Source: Nitrosopumilus sp. | GTDB lineage: Archaea; Thermoproteota; Nitrososphaeria; Nitrososphaerales; Nitrosopumilaceae | Length of the DNA stretch: 64,000 bases | Reading direction: 5' to 3' | Assembly (NCBI GenBank): GCA_965205675.1 | Contig: OZ242186.1 | Span: forward strand, 1,024,001 to 1,088,000 | Part shown: positions 42,264 to 53,617 of the stretch, one piece after another | Layout: every line of letters begins with the position of its first letter | How positions within the stretch are numbered: the stretch's first letter is position 1 | Notes under the pieces: model-generated | Seen by the model: only the letters and a program-made list of their open reading frames with translations | What the model was told of the DNA's origin: nothing | Databases searched by the model: none | Made by a program: the position numbers and the translations under genes

Positions 42264-43344
42264 TATAGCGACGATCAAAAGTTCGCAAACATTTTTGCAG
42301 GATTTCTAAAGATATAATTTGCAACATCAAGCTTGAATCTTGTCCTTCTAAAATATTTTGACACTGCATCATTCATCATCGTAAACATTGCATAATATTC
42401 TGAAACCAACAACGCATTCTTGCTTATCTTCCAGCATTGTTCTATCATGTTCAAGTACGGTGATCCTTTTGGCAGCCATATTAGTTTGACATCTCTATTG
42501 TTTGCAAGGTATTCCTTGACCTTCTTTGATTTGTGAACTGATGCTCTATCCAGCATGATTGCAATCTTGCCATATTTCCAGTGTAACTCTTTTAGATATT
42601 CTACAAATCTTCCAACATTGAATCTATCATAGACTCTAAACAGTTGACTGTTATTTTCCGTAATTGTTCCATATACTGCCAAACTTTCATGATTCCCCGT
42701 ATATGGAAGAAATATTCTCTTGGCAACTGGTGACCAGTACTTTTTTCCTGTTTTTGTATCCCTTACAAAAAAATGCTTCATCAGTCATTGCAATGATAAA
42801 TCCATTCTTTTTTAGGTGTGAAATTCTCTTTCTGATGCGTTGCTGCCAGCTTTTCACAGCAGATACGCTTGCATGATTGATATGATATTTTTGTGCAGTT
42901 TTTGCAGACATGCCATACTGGTGCATTACCTTTCTGATGTAAGTGATGTGAAATTTTACTCCAGTGGAATAAAAGATACTTTGCTGTAGCATCACAGGTG
43001 TAAACAAAGTTAGCATTACTTTTGACATGATAGCATCCATTCGAGTCTGGGAGATTGTTCTTGGTCTTCCACTCCTTGGGTGGTCGTAGAGGCCATCGAT
43101 TTCAAAACGACTCACCCATTTTCGTACCCAGTTTGTGCAGCGATGCAATGTCTTTGCAGTGTGTTCTATTTCCTTACCATCTTTTAGAATCATCAAAGAC
43201 TGCCAAGCATTCTTACTGCAACTTTTGAATTTTTTGTATGCTGCTTCAAGGGATTCTAACTTTCATGTATTTTGTTGGGTTAACTGATCAAAAAGTTTTT
43301 TGTTTTGGAATTATTTAGTTCACGAACTTTGTCTTTTCGCTATA
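42264..43344 (-). mobile_element. IS630-family element type A, full length, frameshifted (42687-43196 and 42275-42781)
   Basis: TA-flanked imperfect TIRs; HPRSGRP, TDEAFF, DRASVH, SPYLNMIEQCW; T7 run where the 25.8-kb copy has T6. Confidence 0.92.
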
Positions 43345-43482
43345 CCATGGATCAAAAAACTGCGTGTTTGATTGTGAGAGAAGGTAGAGATTAGGCACAC
43401 AATCAACTAAATTATAATGCAAGAGTATTCTAAACTGTAACCAAAACAGAACACTAGAATATCCAAAAAATACACACTTGTC

Positions 43483-44448
43483 ATGCGTCTGGCATGTAGC
43501 TTGGGATCATTGTTATCCGTAAAAGAAGTACTAGAATGCTCAAAAACAATCTCAAATACAAAAACAGACACCATTTGGGTTCCAGAAACTTGGGGAATGG
43601 AGAATTTTTCAATGCTAGGGGCAATATCTGCTAGAACCAGTACTCAAAAAATAGGGTCATCGATAATTAACATCTATTCTAGAAGTCCAACAAATATTGC
43701 AATGGGTGCAGCTACAATAGATTCATTATCTAATGGAAGGTTGATTTTAGGTTTGGGAACTAGCAGCGCCTCAATTGTAGAATCTTTTCATGGCAACAAA
43801 TTTGAAAAGCCCTTACAAAGAATGACTGAATATGTTGAAATAGTCCGACTAGCTTTGTCTGGCAAAAAAATCAATTATGAAGGAAAAATTTTCAAATTAA
43901 AAAATTTTACATTATTAATTAAACCACAAAGAAAACAAATTCCAATTTATGTTGCAGCAATTAATAAAAAAATGGTAGATTTAGCATGGAATATTGGAGA
44001 CGGTGTAATTTTTTATCTCAGACCATTAAATGAAATGAAAAAAACCATATCAAAAATGCAAATAAATAAAAAAATTGATGTCACATGTCAATTAATTACC
44101 TGTGTTTCGAAAAATTCAGATGACGCAATTCAAAGAGCTAAAAAAACTATTGCATTTTATATATCTGTTGGAGAGATATATCGCAAATTTTTAGCAGAAA
44201 ATGGCTATAGTTCAGAAACATTAAATGTTTTTGAAGAATTTAAAAAATCGGGATTTAAATCAAATTACGAATTAATTTCAGAATCCATGCTAAGATCACT
44301 TGCGATATCAGGTTCCCCTGAAGAATGTAAATTACAATTAAATAATTTTATTAATGCAGGAATTGATCAACCTATTTTGCAATTTAATCCAATAGGTAAA
44401 ACAACAGAGTCATTTCAGTTATTTAAAAAAACATTTTTGGAGAATTAA
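43483..44448 (+). CDS. LLM-class (luciferase-like, probably F420-dependent) oxidoreductase
   Basis: IWVPETWG, ATIDSLSNGRLILGLG, IPIYVAA. Confidence 0.9.
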   Translation: MRLACSLGSLLSVKEVLECSKTISNTKTDTIWVPETWGMENFSMLGAISARTSTQKIGSSIINIYSRSPTNIAMGAATIDSLSNGRLILGLGTSSASIVESFHGNKFEKPLQRMTEYVEIVRLALSGKKINYEGKIFKLKNFTLLIKPQRKQIPIYVAAINKKMVDLAWNIGDGVIFYLRPLNEMKKTISKMQINKKIDVTCQLITCVSKNSDDAIQRAKKTIAFYISVGEIYRKFLAENGYSSETLNVFEEFKKSGFKSNYELISESMLRSLAISGSPEECKLQLNNFINAGIDQPILQFNPIGKTTESFQLFKKTFLEN

Positions 44449-44449
44449 C

Positions 44450-45559
44450 ATGAATAAAGTAGGGATAGTAGGATATGGAATAACACCTTTTTCAAAAGAA
44501 GATCTGAAAATTGAAACTATTTTATCAAACTCTGCAAAAGAAGTTTTCAAGAATAATTCTGAGATTAATCGAGATGATGTAGATGCAGTTTTAGTATCTA
44601 CAAACAATAACTCAAAATATCTATCTCCAATCTTATCAGAAATGATTGGGATTCAGCCTAAAACGGCTCACTCTATAGAGAGTCTTTGTAATTCAGGTAC
44701 AAATTCCATAGTTTCAGCATATTCTTACATTGCATCAGGTCTGGCAGATATGGTACTTGTGACAGGAGCTGAAAAATATGACAGTCCAGGACAAATACTG
44801 AAATGGGACAATTCCAGAGGAGAATACAAACATCCAATTTTTTGGGCATCAATATTTACAAAATCATACAAACGAGAATATTCAGTTTCAGATGAGCAGC
44901 TGGCAATTGTTTCAGTAAAGAATCACAAACATGCAAAAGAAAACCCAAATGCGTTATATGATAAAACATATTCCATAGAAGATGTGATCAATTCTAAAAA
45001 ACTAACAGATGATCTTAGATTACTTGATTGTTCAAGATCTTGTACTGGGAGCGCGTCCATATTATTGGCATCAAAGGAAAAAACAAACCAATTATCAAAA
45101 AATCCCATATGGATAACAGGCATTGGTCAAAAAACAATTTCGGCAGGATTTACAAAAAATACTTCTTTGAATAGCATGGAATCAACAAAACTGGCAGTTC
45201 AAGATGCATTAAAAATATCAAATAAAGAAATTAAAGATATAGATGTAGCAGAAATACATGATGCATTTTCTGTGTGTGAACCAATGGCATTAGAATCTCT
45301 AGGATTTTCAGAGAAAGGAAAAGGAATAGATACAGTTAAAGAATTACATGAAACAAACAATTTTAAAATAAATCCCAGAGGAGGCTTAATTGGTTCCGGA
45401 CATCCATTAGGAGCTACAGGAATTGCACAAACTATAGAAATTACACAACAACTTCAATCAAATGCAAATAATAGACAAACAGATAATTCTAATGTAGGAT
45501 TAATACATAACATGTCTGCAGCAGCTACATCATCTACAGTATTGATTTTAGAAAAATGA
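44450..45559 (+). CDS. thiolase family protein (SCP2-type)
   Basis: SLCNSG, AEIHDAF, INPRGGLIGSGHPLGATG. Confidence 0.92.
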   Translation: MNKVGIVGYGITPFSKEDLKIETILSNSAKEVFKNNSEINRDDVDAVLVSTNNNSKYLSPILSEMIGIQPKTAHSIESLCNSGTNSIVSAYSYIASGLADMVLVTGAEKYDSPGQILKWDNSRGEYKHPIFWASIFTKSYKREYSVSDEQLAIVSVKNHKHAKENPNALYDKTYSIEDVINSKKLTDDLRLLDCSRSCTGSASILLASKEKTNQLSKNPIWITGIGQKTISAGFTKNTSLNSMESTKLAVQDALKISNKEIKDIDVAEIHDAFSVCEPMALESLGFSEKGKGIDTVKELHETNNFKINPRGGLIGSGHPLGATGIAQTIEITQQLQSNANNRQTDNSNVGLIHNMSAAATSSTVLILEK

Positions 45560-45864
45560 GCTTTGAATCAGAATTAACGGCGGGGAAATTTTGTATTCCA
45601 GAATGCATAGAATGTAAAAAAATTGTGTGGCCCCCATCAGAGTTTTGCAGTTATTGTTTTGGAGATGTACATCTAAAAAAAGGGGATTTTAAGGGTAAAA
45701 TTATAGAATTTTCACGACAAAATGATCATTTTTTCTGCATGGTTGAATTTGAAGATACGGTTAGAGTAATGACCAAGATGGCAAAAACACCAGAAATAGG
45801 CCAAAGTGTAAGAATTTCAAATTGCGGAATGAATAATGGAGAGTATTTTTTTCAAATTATTTAA
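45556..45864 (+). CDS. DUF35-type zinc-ribbon/OB-fold thiolase partner
   Basis: ECIECKKIVWPPSEFCSYC; ATGA overlap with the thiolase gene. Confidence 0.85.
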   Translation: MSFESELTAGKFCIPECIECKKIVWPPSEFCSYCFGDVHLKKGDFKGKIIEFSRQNDHFFCMVEFEDTVRVMTKMAKTPEIGQSVRISNCGMNNGEYFFQII

Positions 45865-46684
45865 ATTCTGTGAATATGTAAGGGGTTTCTACGGTTTGTT
45901 CAAAAGTCCAAATTGTTGGTAATGAAATAGTATTGATGACTTTTAGATCATGTTTTTGAATTAGCGTATTCCATCCGCCATTTTTCAAATTATCCGAGAA
46001 TTGACGTTTAGCATCTGTGCCTGTAAATACAATTGCCGCCTCATTTTTTAAATTATCAATATTATTAATTCGATCAATGATACTAGTAGCTAGAATATCC
46101 CCTCCCATTTGAGCAAGACCGCCAATAAAAAATACAGGTTTTTTTAAATTTAGTGTAGAATAATCAAACTCTAAAGCATCATTGCATTTGGGGTTAAAAT
46201 TGCAGTTAGTAAAAGTACAGATTGTATTTTGTAATTCAACTAAAACATCATCAATTTCAATACTATGCGAAACCAAACCAACAACATCCCCACAAAACGC
46301 TATTCGTCCATCCCCAGAACCAATATCAATTAATTCAACATAGTTCAATTCTTTTGCAATGCTGGCCATTATATATGCAGACATTATCCATGTTGGGTAA
46401 AATGGTTGACAGCTAGAACCATGCTTGATGCTGTTTAACCAATAATTATTGATATCTCCTTCATAAACAGTACACAAAACATCATCAATTTCTTCCTCAT
46501 AATGATTAAAGTAAATAGGGTTTTTCAGTGCAAAATTATGAAGATGTTTTAAATTTTCAGAAGAAATGTAAAATTTGTCAGAGATAGATGATGGTACTAC
46601 TTCTTGAATATGGGCACTTCCAGAATAATTTTTTGCAAAAGTCTGTTTAATAGAAATCAAATTTTTTACAAGATCATCAAACAT
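45857..46684 (-). CDS. class I SAM-dependent methyltransferase-like protein
   Basis: FYPT, LIDIGSGDGRIA, SIEID. Confidence 0.75.
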   Translation of the reverse strand: MFDDLVKNLISIKQTFAKNYSGSAHIQEVVPSSISDKFYISSENLKHLHNFALKNPIYFNHYEEEIDDVLCTVYEGDINNYWLNSIKHGSSCQPFYPTWIMSAYIMASIAKELNYVELIDIGSGDGRIAFCGDVVGLVSHSIEIDDVLVELQNTICTFTNCNFNPKCNDALEFDYSTLNLKKPVFFIGGLAQMGGDILATSIIDRINNIDNLKNEAAIVFTGTDAKRQFSDNLKNGGWNTLIQKHDLKVINTISLPTIWTFEQTVETPYIFTEFK

Positions 46685-46939
46685 ATTTTTTGTACAGAGA
46701 AGGGTCTGATAAACTCACTGTATCATAGTTTTTTCAATACTTGAGAGAGAGAGCAACTAATAGAAGATCTTCCAGATAACATTTGGATTTTATTCTTATA
46801 AAAAAATCAACAATTACGATTTCAAAGATGCATTTGAGAGTTTCAATTCTAATTGCAGGATTTGTATTACTATACTCTCTAACAAAATTTTATGAACCAT
46901 TGATCTGATTAGCATTACACCATATTAATCAAAATATCA

Positions 46940-47250
46940 CACGACAAATCAAGAATAGTCAGAAATTAATTCAAACATATATGGTAAAAAGGATATCAAG
47001 GTAAAAGAAAGAATATTTTTGATAACACAGGTATTTCTTGAAAAGCAAATTGCATCACAGGCAGTCAAGAGTCTTGGACGTATACATTTATGGGAATACA
47101 AATGGATGATGACTCTGATGATGTCCTGTTGGATGAGTTTCCAAGAGATCACCCCAGTTTAACGCAGTTAAAAAGTACGGAAACAAACAAAATACAATCT
47201 GCCAATCTCACAACATCTGTCATCTTAAAGGAATTCGAAAAATAACACAT
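46940..47250 (+). pseudogene. highly decayed IS630-type transposase N-terminus (third lineage)
   Basis: Hand translation KKDIKVKERIFLITQV...ASQAVKSLGR...WEYKW resembles an IS630 HTH region. Confidence 0.5.
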
Positions 47251-47446
47251 CCAAATATTATAGAATAAAAAATTTCATTTGGGCATTCAAGTATATGCAA
47301 CAAGAAGATAGTTGATGAACTTTTGTTAGAAAGCATTACTTTGATATCAAAATAGGGAAAAGGATTTGGAAATTCAAATCATATAAAATAACGAAAAAAA
47401 TACTTGTGATGCAAAAATAAGAGTATAACACACTAGTTTTTGTAGA

Positions 47447-47566
47447 TTAGCAATTAATCGAAATGTTGGAGTTTTTACATATGGTATTGTATAAACCAAA
47501 CCCAATAATTATAGCTGCAAAAGTAGCTAATGGTACAAGAAGGAAAAAGTTTGTTTTTTTGCCCAT
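47447..47566 (-). CDS. 39-aa single-TM microprotein (not in ORF track)
   Basis: Hand translation MGKKTNFFLLVPLATFAAIIIGFGLYNTICKNSNISINC. Confidence 0.5.
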   Translation of the reverse strand: MGKKTNFFLLVPLATFAAIIIGFGLYNTICKNSNISINC

Positions 47567-47605
47567 ATCAGAAATTAATTAATTGGGTATAAAATTGTCG
47601 CAGTA

Positions 47606-48022
47606 TTATTCAGCGTCAATAGTGAAAATACCAACAGTTTTTGGATCTTGTAGTAATAAGACCATGTTTCGAGGCAGTGAATTAGATGCCTTATCACATT
47701 TAATTGCCAAAGTACGGGGACAAATAAAATTGCTTTTTCTAATAACTATATCGTCAGTATGGCTAAGAATAAGATCAGGATGGCCAGTTCCCATAATTAT
47801 AAAATTATCATCTTTGACTTTTATTGAAAATGTTATTTTAGAATTAGGATTTCTTAGCTTATCCTTCAATTCTTCAGGTAAATCAGAACAACTTGATGTT
47901 GCATTGACACCAACAATACAGTCTCCCCTAGGAGTCAAATGGGATTCTTTAGTAATTTCTAAAGTTGTTTTATGATTAGAACAAATATTTTTATGTCCTG
48001 AAAATTTGATTTCAAATCGCAC
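47606..48022 (-). CDS. DUF371 family protein
   Basis: GHKNI.S.HKTTLEITKE.HLTPRGDCIVGV, DIVIRKSNF. Confidence 0.9.
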   Translation of the reverse strand: MRFEIKFSGHKNICSNHKTTLEITKESHLTPRGDCIVGVNATSSCSDLPEELKDKLRNPNSKITFSIKVKDDNFIIMGTGHPDLILSHTDDIVIRKSNFICPRTLAIKCDKASNSLPRNMVLLLQDPKTVGIFTIDAE

Positions 48023-48293
48023 ATACGCATATTCATATGTGTTTTAAATTAATGTTCCATGTAATCACATGGTTTCGCTTTTTTCATTTGATAGAGTTGT
48101 GACTTTTACGCCTAATCCCCTACCTTTTCAGGACCAGAAATAATGAGACCTCAAAGTATGGATCTTCGTGTAAAGTAGCAATAAGACTTTGTTGTTATTA
48201 TTTCAGGACTATGAATATTACCTGATATGGTTGAAGTAATACTTTGTTGTCATAATTTGTACATGTTACTATAGGTACACCGCTGTTACCTAG

Positions 48294-49535
48294 TGGAGTG
48301 GACCCCTGTTTTTAGTACCACTTTTTGCATAATCTTACATACAGTCTGATTCATTTATGTTTTCATCTCCCATAACTCCATGAATTCATCAGGAGTAAGG
48401 TATCCTAACGCTGAATGAATCCTGGAACCATTGTAATCGATTCGTGCTTTCTCTAGAGCAACTTCGGCTTCCTGATAGTTTGCAAACTCGTACCTCCACA
48501 AGTATTCCTTCTTGAGTGTCTTGTGGAATGATTCGACATGTCCGTTTTGTTCTGGCGTGTGGTGCCAGATGAATTCGTGTCTTATTCCAAGTAGAACAAC
48601 TGCTTTTCTGAAATCTCGGCTGTTGTATTGCGAACCGTTGTCAGTTCTGAGAATCAGTTTTGTGCAATCAGGCTTTGCAGTAGCTACTGCATTAATGATG
48701 CTGTCAATTGCAGTGCTCTTTGGAGCTGCCACATCAAATGAATGCCAAATCCATTTCCTGCTAAATGCATCAATCACGTTAAAGCAGTAGCACCATCTGT
48801 CAACCCCACACCAGACATATGTGATGTCTGTCTGCCACAACTGGTTTGGTGCATCAGGCTTGAATAATGTTCTGGCAGATTTGATGATGTCATTTTTGGT
48901 CTTTTTAGGCTCAATCCAGCCCAATTTGTGAAATATTCTTCTGATTTGTTTTCTGTTTACAGGCTTGTTCAGTTCCCTTGAGACTTGGGATGCCATGCGT
49001 CTGGTTCCATAAGTTGGCCTTTGTTTTCCAATCTTTTGAACTACATCAGTTACTGCAGGATCTGTCTGAATCCTTCTTGGTGACTTTGAGTAATACCATT
49101 TGGATTTTGAGACTCCAATTAATAACAATGACTTGTTCAAACTGATGTGTTTGTTCAGTTGATTCACTGCAGTCATCTTTTCTGGTTCTCCAACGTTTTT
49201 TTTAAAATGTCATTGGCAATTGTGATCTCGCCGATTAGTTTTTTGAGGGAATCATTTTCCTTTTGCAGATTCTTGCAGACATCTCCGTTTGGTGTGCCAT
49301 TTAATGATGCCTTGCCACCTTCTACAAATCGTTCCCTCCATTGGTAGAATGTCTGTGGATGAATATTGTACTTTCTGCACAACTCTGCAGTTGCAATGTT
49401 TGTGTTTAGTGACTCTAAAACCACTCTTGACTTTTCTGCTGATGTGAATTTGCTCTTTACCATGAGGGTAAGCCTCCCAAGTTATCTGAAAAGTGTATGT
49501 ATGCTACCGGTCCTACTCTAGAGGGGACCAGACCA
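48294..49535 (-). mobile_element. intact IS3-family element (orfA 49173-49463, orfB 48355-49176)
   Basis: TG...CA ends with imperfect TIRs, CTAG duplication on both sides, WQTDIT / TDNGSQY / ESFHKTLKKE, A8 slippery site. Confidence 0.95.
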
Positions 49536-49673
49536 CTAGATTGAAACGCAGAATATAGAATCACAACAACCATCAAGATCAATATTAATTTATTAGAATA
49601 AAAAATATCTTAGGTCTCAAAGATTATAGAACCATCATGAGCATCATTTTAATACATTATTTCTCAAAAAATC

Positions 49674-50954
49674 TTGATGAGAAATACGACTGCAACAATA
49701 GGCCTGTTGGTTTTGAGTGCAGCATTGCTTGCCATGACAGTATCATCGGCTGATGCCAAAGTGTTATCCCCTCTAAAGCAGTTTAAGCAGGGTGTGCCAA
49801 TAGAGCAGATTCAGTGCAATGGTTCTGCGGTACTACTTGAGTCCCCAAAGGGAAAGCCTGCATGTGTCAAGGACAGTACTGCAAAGAAACTGCTTGATAG
49901 GGGATATCTCATAGTACAAAAAACCATACCTGAGGATACACTGATTGATGATGTCGAACTAACAACATCGAAAACAAATGAAAATCATACATCGGAAATC
50001 ATTGATGAATACAATGAAACTACATTACAATCATTAACAAATATCTACATTGTAGATAAAACAGGTAAGGAATTAGAAAAAATTCCAAATCCTAGTGGTT
50101 ACTGGGTTCCAATAGTAGATAAGAATGAGTTTGCTGAACGTTTCTTTAATGCAGTAGATGATGAGATCATAGAAATAAAAGATAGAACTGACCACAAAGG
50201 TGACTATATCGGGACAGAATATGATGGTAGAGATGGGTTTTTAGTGATTAGCGATTATTATATAATTACTGATGCAAGAGATCAATCAGCTTGGTATTTT
50301 AGTACCGATACAGCATTTGATAGACAAAAACAGATGGAATATGTTAACAACTTTATGAACAAAATTGGATTCAAAGTTAATGGTAATGACGTGTTGCTAT
50401 CTGAATCTTTTATAGACAATTGCACCGAAGTATTCTCGGTGGGCTATAGTTGTAGAACACCTGGCGGTCCAGTTAGTATTGGTATTAGATTGGATGACAA
50501 ATACCATACAGCGTATATTTTCGGAAGTAAATATGATGGTATCGCATTCCTTTTCTATAATAAAGCATACAAAACATACAGTGATTATGGGGTAAAAATT
50601 AGATTTAATGGCTGGAGCAATCATCCTGAACTGATAAAAACCACAATGAATCTAAAAAACACAATTGATTTGGAAACTGCAAAACAGAAAGCTTATGACT
50701 TTGCATTGAAAAATGACGAATTAAACAAGTCACATCGCGACGAGGGTTTATGTGAGTACAAACCATTTGAAAAAGATTTAAAAGCTTTTAATGGTTCGTT
50801 GGATATTGTTTCAGGTGTTCCGTATTATATCATTAAAACAGGTCTTTGTACATACGACAATACAAATACAGGCCATTTTTATCGTCCTTTAGTAATGGTT
50901 GATGCTTGGACTGGCGATTCTATTTTTTTAATTTATCTGGGAGGGGGAGATTAG
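49674..50954 (+). CDS. secreted protein with thaumarchaeal SPLKQ...PACV N-terminal module
   Basis: Signal peptide ending ADA; SPLKQFKQGV...C...PACVKDSTAKKLLDRG. Confidence 0.8.
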   Translation: MMRNTTATIGLLVLSAALLAMTVSSADAKVLSPLKQFKQGVPIEQIQCNGSAVLLESPKGKPACVKDSTAKKLLDRGYLIVQKTIPEDTLIDDVELTTSKTNENHTSEIIDEYNETTLQSLTNIYIVDKTGKELEKIPNPSGYWVPIVDKNEFAERFFNAVDDEIIEIKDRTDHKGDYIGTEYDGRDGFLVISDYYIITDARDQSAWYFSTDTAFDRQKQMEYVNNFMNKIGFKVNGNDVLLSESFIDNCTEVFSVGYSCRTPGGPVSIGIRLDDKYHTAYIFGSKYDGIAFLFYNKAYKTYSDYGVKIRFNGWSNHPELIKTTMNLKNTIDLETAKQKAYDFALKNDELNKSHRDEGLCEYKPFEKDLKAFNGSLDIVSGVPYYIIKTGLCTYDNTNTGHFYRPLVMVDAWTGDSIFLIYLGGGD

Positions 50955-50955
50955 A

Positions 50956-51663
50956 ATGAAATCATTTGGATTAACATTATTGTTGTTGGTGTTTGTAGTT
51001 GTGTTTTCAATAACTGTGACTAACACCCCATCATCGTTTTCTCAGACTGATGACAATCCACAGTTATTCACTCCAGTTGTAATTGGATCTTCTTCAAATA
51101 TACACATTCCAACATCAGATACGATAACTCAAACAAAAACAGTGAGTGTCCATATGGATGCCTTGGATGCAGAACAGATGGATGTTGCATTATTTGGAGA
51201 AACAGTGACTATCTCAAAGGATAGGGTTACAACAAACGATGATTACTATACGTGGTTTGGTTCAGGTGATAATATCAATGCAGTCATAGTTGTAGATGGA
51301 ACAGAATTAACAGGACAGATTTCAACTGATGATGGGGTATATGGAATTGTTGCAACTGATTTGGAGTCGATACATATTCTACTTGATGTTGACACATCCC
51401 TGCTTCCTCCAGAAGAAGGGGATCAAGACAGTACCGCAATACCTGATGCTGTGTCTGGTCAGAGTCATATTGTATCATCAAGCCAGGCATTGATAACCCA
51501 ATTAGAGAATTCATATGTCGGAGGACGAGATTATTCCAATAACAAAGTAACCATCGATGTGTATGTTGCATATACTCAATTAGTAGAAGATGACAGAGAC
51601 GAAGGTTTCCTCACTCCCGGAATGGGAGCAAGACTGGCAATAGAGCTTGCAAATGACTCATAC
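50956..51663 (+). pseudogene. secreted M12/reprolysin-like metallopeptidase, truncated by the ISH3-like IS
   Basis: Signal peptide, pro-region (YTWFG...LTGQI), TIDVYVAYT...AIELANDSY start of the catalytic domain; stop lies within the TIR, so no HExxH is visible. Confidence 0.6.
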
Positions 51664-52983
51664 CAGTAGATGGGAAAGTAACTCAAGTTACACATTCTAG
51701 AAAATAATTATTTTTGTTATTTCTAAAGTAATGAATAATTATCTTTACAAAGAAATATTTGAGAATTTCAATTGATATTATTGGTTTGTGATTTTGTACA
51801 TTAGTTTCTTCTGAGATAATCAAATTAGCAATTATCCATGCATTGTACAAAATCAATGAATAGTAGAAATACAACAATCTTATGGATTGGTTTGAACTGG
51901 TGGTTTTTGGTCTGAACCTTCCCACACATGCATAGCCTGTTTCAATCCCCCAACGTTTCTTGTAGTCAGTTGGAATGTTTTGTATGTTATATGATATTTC
52001 TTTTGGTGAAATATTTGTTGCAAACACAACATACTGATCAATAATATCTGATTTTTTTCTTGCATTTTTGTTTGGCAGAATAACTAGAGTAAATGATTCT
52101 ACATGTCCTGATGATGATTTTATTGTGTATGGCGAGATTGACTTTCTATCTCCATTAACGTATTGTACAATTGCATCTTTGATTCGAGAATTCTTTTTTG
52201 CAGGCATTAGAAATTTCAGATTCTTTTGTGTTATTTCTGAAATTGTTCCAGCTGTGAAAAACTCCCTATCCACTAGCAATAGTTTAATCTTGATTCCATT
52301 ATTGATGCCATCAGAGAGTAATTTACGCACAAAATCAGCATTTGATTTGTTGTCATACAAAGGATAACAACCTAGTTGAGCCCTGATTCTTTTTTCAACG
52401 CACTGCATGGTGCAGTAACTCTCAAAATGAGTAGTACTGTTTTTTGATTTTGATTTTATTAAAGAATGGTTTGGCAATTTGTCATATCTTGGGATTAGAT
52501 GTTTGTCAATTGCTACAGTAACTGGTTGCTCCAATACTCCCAGTTCTCGTAATTTTGATACTGTACTATCTAGTGACTGATGTAATTGAATTTGCATTGT
52601 TTTTTGTGATATTTTTGATATGATTTTTCTCAACCATGAAACCAGTTGGAGAAGCATTATCTGATTCCATTGCCAGTCTCTTTAATCCAGATTCAGAATA
52701 TGAATTTCCCAAACACAATGACATGACAGAATTATGTGCATCTGCATTGTGGAACCGTGAGTTATTTTTACTAGAGCATGGAAACAACAAGATATTGTAC
52801 ATTATTTTAGTGATAATCTCAAATGCTTTAGATAGTATCACGCCTTGATGTGTCATGGTATCAAATGAAGTACAATGCATATTTGATGGAGTGACATACT
52901 TCCATCAAGCTTTTTCTATCTGAATAGATTGATTGAATAATTGATAGTTTTTGATCTAAATTGAGTTACTTTCCCATCTACTG
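51664..52983 (-). mobile_element. ISH3-like (IS4-superfamily) element, 1320 bp; transposase split 52566-52880 / 51683-52657
   Basis: Perfect 23-bp TIR CAGTAGATGGGAAAGTAACTCAA; VAIDKHLIP, LLVDREFF, YKKRWGIETGY. Confidence 0.9.
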
Positions 52984-53617
52984 GTTAAATTCTTTTTCAA
53001 ATTTAATTAATCTGTTTAGCAATGTGCTCACCATTGTTTTTGATAAATCGTTTGTCGCAAAAATCCCTAGGTAAGTGAGACTTGGGCATAATGATTTACA
53101 AAGTGAACATTTTTGTCTTTATTTTGATTATTGTTTCTAGTAAACACGTATGATTTCTTATCCTGGTACGGATATACTCCAAATGATAGCACTTGATCGT
53201 GTGTGTTTTACCCATAATTACAGTATCAATAGATTTGTAAAATTATCTCCGTATCCACAATGACATGAATTTGGCTTTGAGGATATGATGCCGTCACTTT
53301 TTGGATAATACCTTAGAATTGATTTGGAAAAAGTTTTACTCATTTATGCGATCAGAAATTATTCCTTTAAGACCTTATTGATTGTAAATCAGCACAAATA
53401 TCATCAAAATTTTATTATTATCTAAAAATAACCATATCTTTAACTAATTCGCATCATCTGAACTTCAATTACACAATATGCGTTTCCTGATATTATCATC
53501 CTTGTTCCTCTGTGATTTCCAGTCATAGGTATTTTTGTTTCACTTTTCTTTTTTCGGAATTGACATGCAATACGTTCACCTGTTATGGAGTCATTTGTAT
53601 TATAATGGGTTGACATA

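Noticed and set aside
48060-48293. Possible serine-protease remnant (LGNSGVPIV on the minus strand) at the IS3 insertion site
   Set aside because: Too short and interrupted by stops to support
7725-52650. Programmed frameshifts in the IS5, IS630-A and ISH3-like transposases
   Set aside because: Each is a +1 shift in a short homopolymer seen in one copy; for IS630-A another copy has the in-frame T6, so mutation or consensus error is more likely
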